Positions 11,871 through 24,465 of a stretch of 64,000 bases of DNA are shown piece by piece; within the stretch, counting starts at the first letter, position 1, and each line of letters opens with the position of its first letter. The stretch comes from Lama glama (taxonomy: Eukaryota), in assembly GCA_028534125.1 (NCBI GenBank), contig CM052816.1, positions 85,314,001-85,378,000 of the forward strand, read 5' to 3'. The translations under genes and the position numbers were made by a program. The notes beneath the pieces were generated by a model. That model made no database searches. It saw only the letters and a program-made list of their open reading frames with translations, and was not told the DNA's origin.

Positions 11871-13989
11871 CAAACTTTAATTATTTGTTAAGTATTGTTA
11901 AATTTTATTTGTTATACTTGCATCTTTTATAATTTAATATAATATGGATTTTTTTCTAGTTTTGTATTATCTCTTTAGAAAAGTGCAGGAAAAGTAGAAT
12001 AAAAATAACTATATTCTATCTTTTAAAAATATCGGACTGTATAATTTTAAAGTCTTATTTTAAATTACTATAACTGTATTTGTATTCATAGCCATTCATA
12101 CACATCATTACATTTTTTTGAATAAGACAATATGTACCTTTGTAACATACAGAAGATTTTGTATGTAATATTAATTCATGTGTGTAAATAAGATCTACAT
12201 GTTTTATACCTGTCTTCTTATTTTCCCATTTAATTCTTAAAATGCAATACAGTTGTGTGCACATCTTTTAAAGCAACATTTCAAAGGCACTTCTACTTTT
12301 GACAGGGTATATTCTATCTAACTCCCTCTTCCTATACTTTGTTATGGTAAAAAGAAACTATGAAAATTAGCTGTTTAGAAATTAGATGCATAGAGTACTT
12401 TCCCTTATTATATCCAGTAATATAAGTAAGCAAGCTCTAAAATAATAATCGTTAGTTTAAATAGCACCAGGGACCAATAGCTTATTTGATTTAGATGTTG
12501 TTATTTATTTAATTGTAGGTTGTTGCTGAGATATATGACGATCTGTAGATGATAAGCACACAATTTCCTGTCCGCAGGTCTTTGAAACATCATCAGGGCA
12601 AGACATTTATCAGGAAGTTCTATGAATCTGAATCTTAAAAAGTGAAAGTTATTGTAATTGTTAGAAGAACTCACTTCCAATTCCTGCTAGATTTCTTCCT
12701 CTGAGGAACCACCCACACAGTAATTACAGGCAGCGGAGTCATTGCAGAAGTGTGGACAAGCAGCTTTCCTTGCTGCCGTCAGGTCCACTGCAGGCTAGAT
12801 TCAGTTTGAAAGCTGGCACACTCTATTAGGTGTGCAGAGAAACCCCATAACTGTGCTGCAGCTACACGATAGAAAATCATTCTCTCAACACACCGCTCTT
12901 ACCACTACCAAGACATGACACATAGATAGCCTCACTTTTTTTTCTATGTGTTTGTAGATTTTTTTTCTATTTTTAAATGTTTTAAAAATGTAGAGATCAC
13001 CATAAGTCTTCATTCTAACATTTTTCCTACTCATTTTGTTTGTTTGAAGATCTTTTGATAGTTAATTCTTTAGGAAGTTTCAAAAATAAAATATTCTATG
13101 AGCCCTTTATGTTGTTAAAAGCATACCTGTGGCCATTAAATTTGAAAATGAGTGTGTTCAGATATACTCTTGTTTCACAATTCCTTTCTCTGAATCTCAT
13201 AAATGTTACTTTTTTGTCTTCCAACATGAAGTGCTACTGTTGAAAAATATGATGGCCTGCTAAATTTTTAATTTGTTTGTTTTCATTTTTATTTCATAAT
13301 TGGCTTAATCTTTCCGCCTACTTGCAAAGAGTACTTGGTGTGCTCTTTCAAACTTTAGCTTTACAGTTATTAAAGAACTTGTTAATTGATTTTAGCTTTT
13401 AATATTTTTCTAAATACAATATTTGTATAGTATTTTTTATTGGCTTTGGTTTTCTCTTCAGAGACTCATATTCATTAATTGCATCTTTAATTGTATGCAA
13501 ATGTGTTCTCTTCTCCTAGAACGAGATTACATCTTCCTATATTTCATTTTTATTAACACATTTTTCTTCTTTTGCTTTCAGTTTTCCTTGACCCTTTCAG
13601 TTTTCTTTCAGTTTTAGTCTTACTTTCTAAATTGGTGCTTTTCTTTTACTCATAGATTTCTTGTTCATGAGCTTAGTCACTTAACTTCTAAGAGTTACTA
13701 ATTTTGATTTATCTTTCTCTCATATATAAAATGGAATTTAAAAATTTTTGTTAGTCCATTTGAAATATTCAGATGAAATCTATGTTTGTTTTATGGGCAA
13801 ATATTTTTGTGTGCTAATTCCTCCCACAATTTAACTTCTCATAGTAAATTGACATTGGTTTTATAATAACCCTTTTATCTGGACAGCTTAATGAGAATAC
13901 AATTGTGTTGGAATTTTTAAGAGAGGTAAATCTCAGGATAGACGTATTTGTGACCCACAGGTGTTAGTCTGAAAGCTAGTATTATCTGA

Positions 13990-15950
13990 AAAAAGAAGTA
14001 AGAAAATGAATCTTTTTTACAATAATATTAAAAATAATAAAATACTTAAGATTATATTTATCCAGTGAGGTGAGAGATCTCTACATTGAAAACTATAAGG
14101 CACTGATAAAAGAAATTGGAGTTGACACAAATAAATGGAAAGACATGCATGTTCATGAATCAAAAGATTTCATGTTGTTAAACTATTCACACTGGCCAAG
14201 GCCATTCATAGATTCAATGCAATCCCTATTAAGGTTCCAATGGCATTTTTTTTATAGAAATAGCAAAAAATAATCTTAAATTTTATATAGAACCACAAAA
14301 GACCCTACCCTGAGGAAGAACAAGCTGAAGGCATCACACTTCCTGATTTCAAACTATATTACAAGGCTGTAGTAATCAAAATAGTATGACACACAGATTG
14401 ATGGAGCAGAATAGAGAGCCCAGAAATAAAACAATGCATATACAGTCAACTAATATTTGACAAGAATGCTCAATGGAGAAAAGACAGTCTCTTTAATGTG
14501 GTGCTGGTGAAATTGAATATTCACATGCAATAGAATACAACTAGACTTTTATCTTACACTACTCAAAAAACAAAAACAAAACAAAACAAAAAAACTCAGA
14601 ATGGTTTAACAACTCAAATGTAAGACCTGAAACCATACAGCCCCTAAAAGAAAACATAGGGAAAAAGCTTTTTCATATGGACCTCTGCAATGATATTTTG
14701 GATATGACATCTAAGAATAGGCAACAAAATAAAAATCTAGACAAGTAAGACTACACCACACTAAAAAACTTCTGCACAGCCAAGGAAATTGTCAATAAAA
14801 TGAAAAGGCAACTACAGAATGGGAGAATATATTTGCAAACCACAAATCTGATAAGCGGTTAATATCTTAAATGTATAAAGAACTCATACAACTCAGTAGT
14901 AAACAAACAAAGAATTGCACACAAATAATCCACTTAAAAAGGGGCAAAGAACCTGAACAAATATTTTTCCAAAGAAGGTATTTAAATGGTCAACAGATAC
15001 ATAAGGAGGTACTCAATATCACTATTATTAGGGAATGTAAATCAAAATCACAGTGAGATGTCACCTCAGACCTGTTAGCATGGTTATTATTGAAAAGACA
15101 AGAGATAACAAATGCTGGTGAGAATGTGGAGAAAGGGGAATACTTATGCACTTTTGGTGGGAATGTAACTCTGTACAGCCAATATGGAAAACTGTATGAG
15201 ACTTTCTCAAAAAATTAAAAAGAGAACTCTCAGATGATCCACCAATTCCATTTCTGGGTATTTAGCCAAAGGAAATAAAGTTACTAACTCAGAAATACGT
15301 ATGCACCTTCATGTTCGTTGCAGCAGTATTTACAATAGCCAAGACATGGAAGCAACTTAACTGCCCATTGATGGATAATAGATAAAAAAAAAATATGATC
15401 ACACACACACACACACACACAGAAACACACACACACACACACACACACAGACACCCCCCCCAAACGGGATATCATTCAGCTGAAAAAAGGAAATCTTGCC
15501 ATAAAACAACATGCATGGAACTTGAAGGCACTATAAAAATTAAAAGTGAAATAAGTCAGAGAAAGATAAATACCATATGATCTCATTTATATGTTAAATA
15601 TTAACAAAAACAAAAAGCAAAAAATTGAACTCTTCGATACAGAGAAGAAGAGACTGGTGGTTGCCAGAGGCAGGGTTTAGGGGGAAGATGAAATGGGTGA
15701 AGGGGGCCAAAAGGTACAAACTTCCATTAATAAAATGAGTAAGTCTTGGGGAGGTAAGGAAGAATGGTGACATAGTTAATAATACTGTATTTTGTATTTA
15801 AATGTTGTTAAAAGTGTAGACCATTAAATGTCTTGTCACAAGAAAAAAATTGTAACTATGTGTGATGATGATGTCAACTAGACTGATTATGGGGATCATT
15901 TTACATTTATATCTCAAAAATTATCAAATACACAAAACTAAAATTAAAAA
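13990..15950 (+). mobile_element. 5'-truncated L1 (ORF2 3' part and 3' UTR, L1MA9-like)
   Basis: Decayed ORF2 (RDLYIENYKALIKEIGVDTNKWKD; YKELIQLSSK). The 3' UTR GGTTGCCAGAGGC...GGCCAAAAGGTACAAACTTCC...AGTTAATAATACTGTATT ends in an A-rich tail. Many stops and frameshifts. Confidence 0.93.
15400..15452. repeat. Interrupted (CA)n microsatellite inside L1
   Basis: CACACACACACACACACACACAGAAACACACACACACACACACACACACAGAC. Confidence 0.95.
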
Positions 15951-15959
15951 AGACTTCAA

Positions 15960-16680
15960 TGTGAGATTTCTCTCTAAAAGAAATTCAGAAGCAAAGGACA
16001 GAAACAATCCACTACAATAAGAGTTCTCTTAGTTAGTTTCCTAGCTAGAAAAGGCATGAGGCTTCAGACTGAAAGATTTCATGTAGTATTGATGGATGTA
16101 TATATAATAAATATACTCATATTTAGAAACATCATGGTAAAATTTTAGAGCTGCAAGAAAGGTTAGAAAAATGTAAAATGCCAGTGAAAAAGGGATAGAG
16201 ACTCAGTAAATGAGAAACAGAATACAGAAGAGAAGGAAATAAAAAGCTACAGTATAAAGAATTTTGGAAATCAGCTGCTGTCTTATAATTTCTTGAGAAT
16301 GTACAATAGCAAAATGTACATTGATACACATATGTATAGAGCCAGAACACCAATCAGTACATATAAAAAAAACATTTAAAATATCACCTAGTAAAATATG
16401 GTAATGTGGTAGGTAGAGAGGCGATTTGTCATTGAAAGTTTCTTATTTTGATGGAGATTTAAACTGATTTCTGATGTTGATAAAAACATATAAACTTAAA
16501 ATGATTTATAAAAACTTTGAAAAGAAATTACATAAGTAATAGAAATAAAATGTGAACTCCCCAAACTATGAGAGGGGGATATGCTAACAATCCAAAGGAA
16601 ATCAGAAAATGCAATCAAGAAAATGTGGTGTATAGAAAACATACACTAATATGATAAACCAATTTCAATTGCTAAATAAA
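15960..16680 (+). mobile_element. Old L1/HAL1 ORF1-region remnant
   Basis: GAGGCTTCAGACTGAAAG...ACATCATGGTAAAATTTTAGAGC resembles the old ORF1 'HIIVKF' region; A-rich. Confidence 0.45.
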
Positions 16681-19600
16681 ACAAGAAAGAACAAAGCAGG
16701 TGGGGAAAATGCATCTTTCATAAAACAGTACAATTAAATGGTCACAAACCAAACTATAGAAGACAGACATCTCTCCCAAACACTATGGCATCTGGAATCA
16801 TATTAAGGAAATATTTTTCATAATTCTCAGACCGGCAGTAGAAACCATAAGTAAACCTCTTATACACAAGGCAAGGAGATATGGGGATAGGAACAGGCCA
16901 TGGGAGAAGGGGCCTGGCCCAGAAGAGACCTGTTACACACCACACAGAGGCCAGGAAGGAGACAGAATTCTACTGGAGTCCTTTTTTTTCCCGATGACCT
17001 ATTTTCTCTTTAGGAAGCCTAAAGCAGTGAGGAGGACCAAATCACAACCGAGAGAGCCTGGGTAAAGGCTTGGTTTGGGGTCAAACTAGCCCATTCAATT
17101 TAATAAAATTAAGGTATGCGTGCTTACATATTAATATAGATAGTGTTGACAGGGTGATTGAGAGGACAAACATAATTAAGATATGCTGACTAGCTCAGCT
17201 CATTCTACCTCCATACATCCTTCATTAAACATTTTAGCCTTATAAAAATACTAGAAGAAAAAAATAGGAAAACTTTTTTATATAAATAATGCTCAGAAAG
17301 AGAATACATTCTTGAGTTAAAAAATAGAAATCAAAAAGTTGGTATTTGTATAGATTTTTTTAAATAGTAATCTTAGGTGAGCCACTATTCTGTGTCTATT
17401 CTAAATGCAGGATTGGGCAAGTGCAGAAAAGGAATAAACACAAGGAAATTAATTCCAACATTGTTTGCAAAGGAAAAAATTTTTAAATGAGGAAAATAGA
17501 TAAAACCCGTTACTAGGCCATTATTGTGGGTACTGTGCAGCAATTGAAATTAAAAGTCAGATTTATATCCTTTCCTGGAACAGATCATAGTACAGAATAA
17601 TGCAGTCACTCATTTTTAACTGAAAGGACAGGTTTCTCACAAAATCATGCTATAATGAAGCCAGTGAACATCTGAAATATGTGTAGTTTACTGTACAGGA
17701 ACCACACCATAATAAAGGTGTTAAATTAAAAAAAAAAAAAGTAAAGCCTCCTCCGTATTTTAAAGGCTCCTGTAAGGCTTTTGAGTTTTCTAAACTGAAT
17801 ATTATTCTAACTTTTAATAACATTTATTAACTGATCTGTATCTGTTCATTAATATTTAATAATATTTATAACATCAGTTTATAAACACAGCTTAAAAATA
17901 TTTTCTCAGGACTCACAGTCATGAGCGAGGTACTGACAAAAATATTTCCTGTACACTCAGTCTGTTTTTACTCCTGACAGTTTTTCTCCTTGCCCTGGAA
18001 CTGGGTTCAACTCTGTAATTGAGTAAAGCCTCTAAAACCTCGAGTGTTTCCCTTTCCAATGACCCTGGCACTTAATCTCACATATTTGAAGTAACATGAC
18101 AGAGCTCTCAAGAGTTTTCCTTATTGAAAAGCTTCTCTTAATTGCAAGAGTGGTGTCCATTCATTTTCCCAACTTAACGCACAATCTAGCTCTGTTTCAC
18201 CAGTACAGTTAACTAATGCATGAATGGATTTGGGTTTTCATCTCTGTAATAGTAATATTTACAACAATTTTAATATAGTGATAGCCAATAAGACACATTC
18301 CAAGGAAAGTATGTGAGTGATTGGGTAAGTGGTTAACTTGAATCAGTGCTTTTTGCTCAATAACTGTAGTTCATTGGGAAGAAGAGAGAATGTTAATTAG
18401 CAATATCATCATAGATAAAAACATATTAAGCATATTTGACTGAGGAAGAGACTGATTCACTACGGTTGAAAACTTGATAGACCAAGAAGCAGGTATCAAG
18501 AGATTAATTGGTAAACAAAATATTTATAAAAGCTAGAAAGGAATGTGAGTTAAAAGAAAAAAGATTCAATATGGATTAAAACAAATAGGTATTTCACGGT
18601 AGAAAAGAGGAGCATTGGAGAAAAATCCTCAGATAACCTAAGGATAAGTGAAGTGTTTTCTGCAGGTGTACAGATAAACACAACAGATTAAGAACTGACA
18701 TGATTGGAAATATAGGAAAAGATTGTGTACAGATGAGATGGGCTCATTCTGAAGCAACAAACATGCAGCAAGGACAATCATATTTTGCTGATCACTAAAA
18801 ACAAAAGGAAAATGACTTGGCAGCTAGTGTAGTTTAACTGATGTCTGCCTAGTGGTGTCAGTGGAAGACGGAAGATAACTGATTGGAAGTTTTTGTCTGG
18901 AATAGAAGGGCTGATGAGACCAAACTCACATAACACATACCCAGAAACACACACACACACACACCCACACCCCCCACAACCTGCCTATCGCCAACATCCT
19001 TTGCTATTTGATGCTCAGAAACTTGGCTTGCTTCAGCGTTTGTGAACCCGTGCTCCCTCTTGTTCTCTACGTGCGTGTAAATGTTCATTAACCTGCTGTG
19101 CTTTCCTATTAATTGCTGACCTTGACACTGATTGTGTTAGGATAATTTCAGATGATATTAAAAATAAACACAGGATCAATTCCTCTATCAGCTCTGATCC
19201 CTTTTGTTAATAGCCTGTTGCTTAAATGTGTAGGGGGAGAGGTCAGTTTCTTATAAACTACAGAAATAATAGTGAAGCCATAACTGTTTTTGAATATATA
19301 AATCTTACACTTTAATGACTTTTGGCTTCTGGTAGTTAAGCCTTTATCATTTTAATAAGACTAATACTAAAAATTAATGAAAAGCACGAATGGCCCTAGA
19401 AACATTTGATAACGTAGCAGAGTAGAACTCTCCTAATAGCAATGATTATTCTTTATTTGTAGGAAGTCTGGCTGGATTATAATTAGATTCTATTACATGC
19501 TATTAATTTCTCTTGGTAATTAGTAATTGAGTTGGTCTGTAAAATCAATCTAAAAGTCCTTTTTTCACCTTTATTATTATTTTTAAAATATTATTTAGTT

Positions 19601-22600
19601 CATATTTAGTTAAACATCAAGTATATGTTAATGAGTTACATTATCTGAGAAAAATTCTTCTAGTACTCTATTCTTAATATTTGAACTAAACATAGCGGTA
19701 ATTTCTAAAGCCTTCCCTTTCTTCAAGGGTGGGTGTTTTGCAAAATGGAAAGATCAATTATGACATTATCAACCATACAGTTCTAATTGTGATTTATTAA
19801 TATGATCTAGAAATTGGCCATTATTCTGTCAGACAATTAAAAAACACTTACATATTGCAATACATAAGACAAAGTGATGTTTGTTCTTTTTTCAAAAGGA
19901 TAAAAAGCTAAATACAAATATTCTCAGGGAATGGCAGAGAATTAGCCGTGGATCATGAATGAAGAAACTAACAAATTGAAAAGTTAACAGATATGTCATA
20001 TTTAAAAATTAAAGGTTTTTAATAATTTTTCCAAAGTCTGGATAGATCTCATATTTACCATTATAAGTAACAGGAGCATGCAATCAAATTTAAAACACTT
20101 AGATAAGAGCATGAGACATGTTCACCAGAATAATTCCTCTGAAACTCCTCACCCCCTCATTTCATATGTATCAGGATTGATCCATGAGGTATCTGAGATA
20201 AAGCTTGGGGACAATAGAGTAGCATATCTACAACACCCTGTACCTTCAAGAATTTCCTATTTCTCCTCATCTTCACCTAAATGTGTTCCTTTTAAGGGCT
20301 CCACAAATAATGCCTAAGAAACTTAAGTCCACAGGTGTGCTCAAGAGTTTCCTTGTTAAATGTCAGACCAGTTGAAGCCAGGTCACCTGTTTTCTTATAT
20401 TAGGCGAGAAGTTGAAACTTCTGTTAACAATAAATTAGCATTCACGAGTCTGCATTATATTACACATATGTAGACAAATATACAACAAGTGTATTGAACT
20501 AATATATTATTATCTTTTCATGGAATTTGCATCAATTTAGTACATTTTTAAAAGTTATATATGTTTAGAAGCTTTCTCAGCTTCTAATACACTACAGTTC
20601 CATGCTCACAGGCCAGTTAGAAAGGATCAAGTCCCTCAAAGTAGTTTATGAGTTCAATAGGGGGATTATTTTTTAAGTATTACATGGCTAAAGTTATTTT
20701 TAGAAAATTACCATATACCTCTGGGTTTCAAAAGGACTGGTATCTTTTTGCTTCCTGCTGATTGTTTCAACATCTTTTTTTTTTTTAAGTTAAAGAATAT
20801 TTTTAAAGGATATATATTTTTCAAAGATTCAGTCATTTTCTTTTTCCCCAAAGTAATGTATGGATTCACAGGCATTTTTACATAATTTGCTAGTTTCTTC
20901 TGTGTTGATGACAATCAGTCTTTATTATTCCCCAGTGGGTAATCAAATTTTGGTGAGTATGTTACCTATCTCCAATGTTAAGACTGTATGAGCTTTTATG
21001 TTATTTTTCACAATAGCTCTGCTTATTTAGCCTAAAGATACAGTCTGTAATTGGTGTTCGGTTAAATTTGTTTCTGGTAACCTTCAACTCTCTTAATTTT
21101 TTTCATTTCTCTTTTGTTCATTTTCTCTTAGTACCTGTGTTATTAGCCTTATGTTTTTCCTTTCAAATGCTTCATCAGTTTTTGAAAATACTTTTTTTTA
21201 AGTTAAAGAAAATTGCCAATTATAGAGACTCTCTTAACCCAATAGAACCTACTTGACCCATTATCGTTTTTCACGTGGGTTTTGGACTGCGGTGTTCTTG
21301 TGATCGTTATACTCTGTAGTATAGAACATTTACAGAGTTTTTTCCTCAGCAAACAATAAAAGAACAATGACAACAAACAATAACGTCAAACATGGGCCAA
21401 GTGAAATAATGAAATACTCTAAAAACACTGAAGTTTTAAAAGCAGATTCAGAGAAAATAGAATCTAAAAAAGAATATATGGAGATTAAAGATGAAAAGGT
21501 GCTTTTAAGCTTCCAAAGAGAAAAATATTAATACATCCTATTTGCGTTTATTAATCATCTTGAACCTGCTTATAGAACAGACTAATATGTTCATATCTGA
21601 AGCTATTTGAAAATTTAGTTTTTGATCTCATTAATTGTAAATATAAAAACTACCTAAAGAATTAGTTATGTACCAAAAAAACACTTTAAAACCATCTAAA
21701 AGGTATGCAGACATATTTGCATACACACATGTAGACACATAAATACATACACACACAGTGATGGACCTAAAAATACCAGAGCAAACCCTAAATACATGTT
21801 TTCTCTCATATTCTCAGTAAAGAACTATTGGTAACAAAACTATGAAAATCAACAGCTACTTCTACCTTCCTAAAATTAAATCTTACATCTAGTGAGTATC
21901 TTTTAATATGTTATGTAAGACATTTACTCATATACTTTTTCTACAGTGATACATTGGTTAATTTCTGATGTAAGAGGTGTGTATTTTTTAATATATTTGA
22001 ATCAATTTCTTAACCTTGATGTCTATATGCTGAGCTTTCCTCATTTATATGGCTCTTAAAATTAAATTTGTTACAAAAATTAAGCTCGATTACAGGGTGT
22101 CCTCATACTCTAGAAAAAGCTTGAATAAGCTAATTTAAGATTATGTTAAATTATATACGTCTGTTGTATTTCAGGATTAATAAGAGAGGAAAGCCATAAT
22201 TAGAAGAAAGCTACTTTTCTGCCAATGATGCAACACAAGTGAAGAATATTGATAGCTAACGACTAGGGAATTTTATAAGGAAATATATGAAAATTATAAT
22301 GAAATTTAGAGTTGAAGCACAGATAACTGTCCTGTGGTGATGAGATGTGGACAGTCGTACTCATTCAAGAAAGTATAGTGATACAGAAAGGCAGTTCCTG
22401 TGCTATTCCCTTTGTGTGATTTGGCCTTTTCATTTATTTTCCCTCTGGTGAATTTCCCACTGATTATCTCTTCCACTAGATGTCAGGCAAGAGGAGAGAG
22501 TGGTAGTGAATCTAAAACTAAGAACACAGTTAACTTTTGAAAGTGTTAATATTGATGACTAAATGCAGCCAAACTGAATAGCGATTAGGCATATGGAAGA

Positions 22601-22739
22601 TAAAATGCTTTGATAATTAGTTTGAACTAAATATTAATGGCAGCAGCTGCAGGAGGAACCATTTTCTCTTACGATAATATCAGTCTTTATTTTGTCTTCC
22701 GCTGGGAAATATTCCCTGTTTAGAAAGTTTAGCTCCACT

Positions 22740-23018
22740 TACGCTTTCCTGAAACAACATGTACATCTCCTTTGTAGCACTCAACACGATTTTAATTGAA
22801 CAATTAACTTTGTCAAGGTCGATTTAATCCACACCCTACTATGACTTCCCAAACGTGTATCTTGTAAGGTAGGGACCAAGTCTGTTTTGTTGTTTTCTTT
22901 ATCCACAGACCTAGCATAATACGTTGGGAAATTGTAAATGAAAAGAAAATGTATTAAAGTAGTGACTAAATTTTTTAAAAAGGAATAAATATGAGTGAAT
23001 GAATCAGTGAATGAATGA
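22740..23018 (+). mobile_element. L2 3' end
   Basis: AAGGTAGGGACCAAGTCTGTTTTGTT...ACCTAGCATAAT and a GAGTGAATGAATCAGTGAATGAATGA tail. Confidence 0.7.
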
Positions 23019-23086
23019 TATTATTGAGTTATCCATTTCAAATAAAAATACAGTCTAGATTCACTGGGTGCTCACTCTGTCTCTCA

Positions 23087-23149
<63 letters not shown>
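23087..23149. repeat. Compound (CTGT)n(CT)n(AT)n microsatellite
   Basis: CTGTCTGTCTGTCTGTCTGTCTCTCTCT...ATATATATAT. Confidence 0.95.
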
Positions 23150-23329
23150 ATTTTAACCAATAAGACTCATAACAATGATATATGAAGGCTTTGTGATCTC
23201 TTTATTAAGACCAGCTATAATATTTTGGTTAAGATATCCTCAGAAGGATAGACAAATGATGGTATTGATACCTAATAAAACAGACAGAAGTTAGGACAAT
23301 ATCCTCTCCCTCATGTTTTACCATGTTAC

Positions 23330-23775
23330 AGTTCATTTTGCTACATGCCAACGCCTCTGATGAGAACTTCAAAGTTGTACAACAGGAGATAATTTCCTAT
23401 CCTTGCTGCTTCTTGTCCAATTGCTATTCCATGCCACTGAATTAACTGTCTCTTCTTCCTAGAAAATTCATCTTCCTCATCCTTAATGGCTGTGGAAATT
23501 TTCTTACTGATTCCTCAGGGGACATCTACATATTGCCTTCTCAATAAAGCGTTCCCCTGTTTCTGAGGTATAATTGCACAGTCTTCTGTGTTCCCGTTGC
23601 ACATTTCATAAAGTCTGCAATTACACTCAGCAAATTTCATTGCAGCTTAGCACTTAATACAGGTGCTCCTCACTAACTGTTGAAACCCCTTACAAAACGG
23701 CCATCTTTATCTATAGTATTTGCACAGTTCTTGACGGTAGTTCAGCTCCTAGTAAATTTGTGAAATAAATTGATA
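23330..23775 (+). mobile_element. L2 3' region (degenerate)
   Basis: TTTGCACAGTTCTTGACGGTAGTTCAGCTCCTAGTAAATTTGTGAAATAAATTGA, with upstream CT-rich L2-like sequence. Confidence 0.55.
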
Positions 23776-24465
23776 AAGTAATAAAGTACATTGAGGCTGA
23801 GGGGGAGTACACACTTCATCATTTAGAGTAGAAACTGAAGTAGTGTAATCAATCAAAGATTTAGTCCCATTAAATTCTGTAATTTGAGAATAAGACAATA
23901 ACCAGGTTTTGAGAGTTTCATCCCCATTTTCCTTCTATAATCCTGATACTTAGCTCTTTACCTTCAGGGCTGTGGCACATCTTATTTTGCTAGTTTCTGG
24001 GATTAATTTTCCTTTGCTTCATGACTTTAAATTCCATTTTCCTCTCATGCTTGCACCACTCCACAGCAAATATTTCTTCTTTAGGACTTTGTGTGCTTTT
24101 TCAGAATTCTAAACTTTTGAACTGTAGTACACACAGTTGCCAGTCATGAAGCCGTGATGAATTTAGCATTAGTAAACTTCATATTTTCACCACATTGCTT
24201 TTCATGTACAGAAAGACATGGTTATAATTTATTTTAAAATGTGAAGTTTAAAGTGCATTATTCTTGCTTATAAAAATCTAGTGTTTCCTACTTTAGGAAA
24301 ATTCTATAATGGTAATAATTTTATGAAAATAGAATCAAGAGTGGAAGAACAATCTCTGTACAGAAAAAGGAAATAATTTTGTAATCTTTTTCTCATTGTA
24401 CCAACTATATGAGAGACTCAGAATTTCAGTAGAATGAGTGTGTTTGGAGTCAGCCATATTTATTA

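Noticed and set aside
12578..12625. Possible terminal coding exon VFETSSGQDIYQEVL*
   Set aside because: The acceptor is plausible, but I recognise no protein and see no upstream partner exon; kept only within the non-coding candidate.
15284..15580. Cys-Val and His-Thr repeat ORFs
   Set aside because: Translations of a (CA)n microsatellite within an L1.
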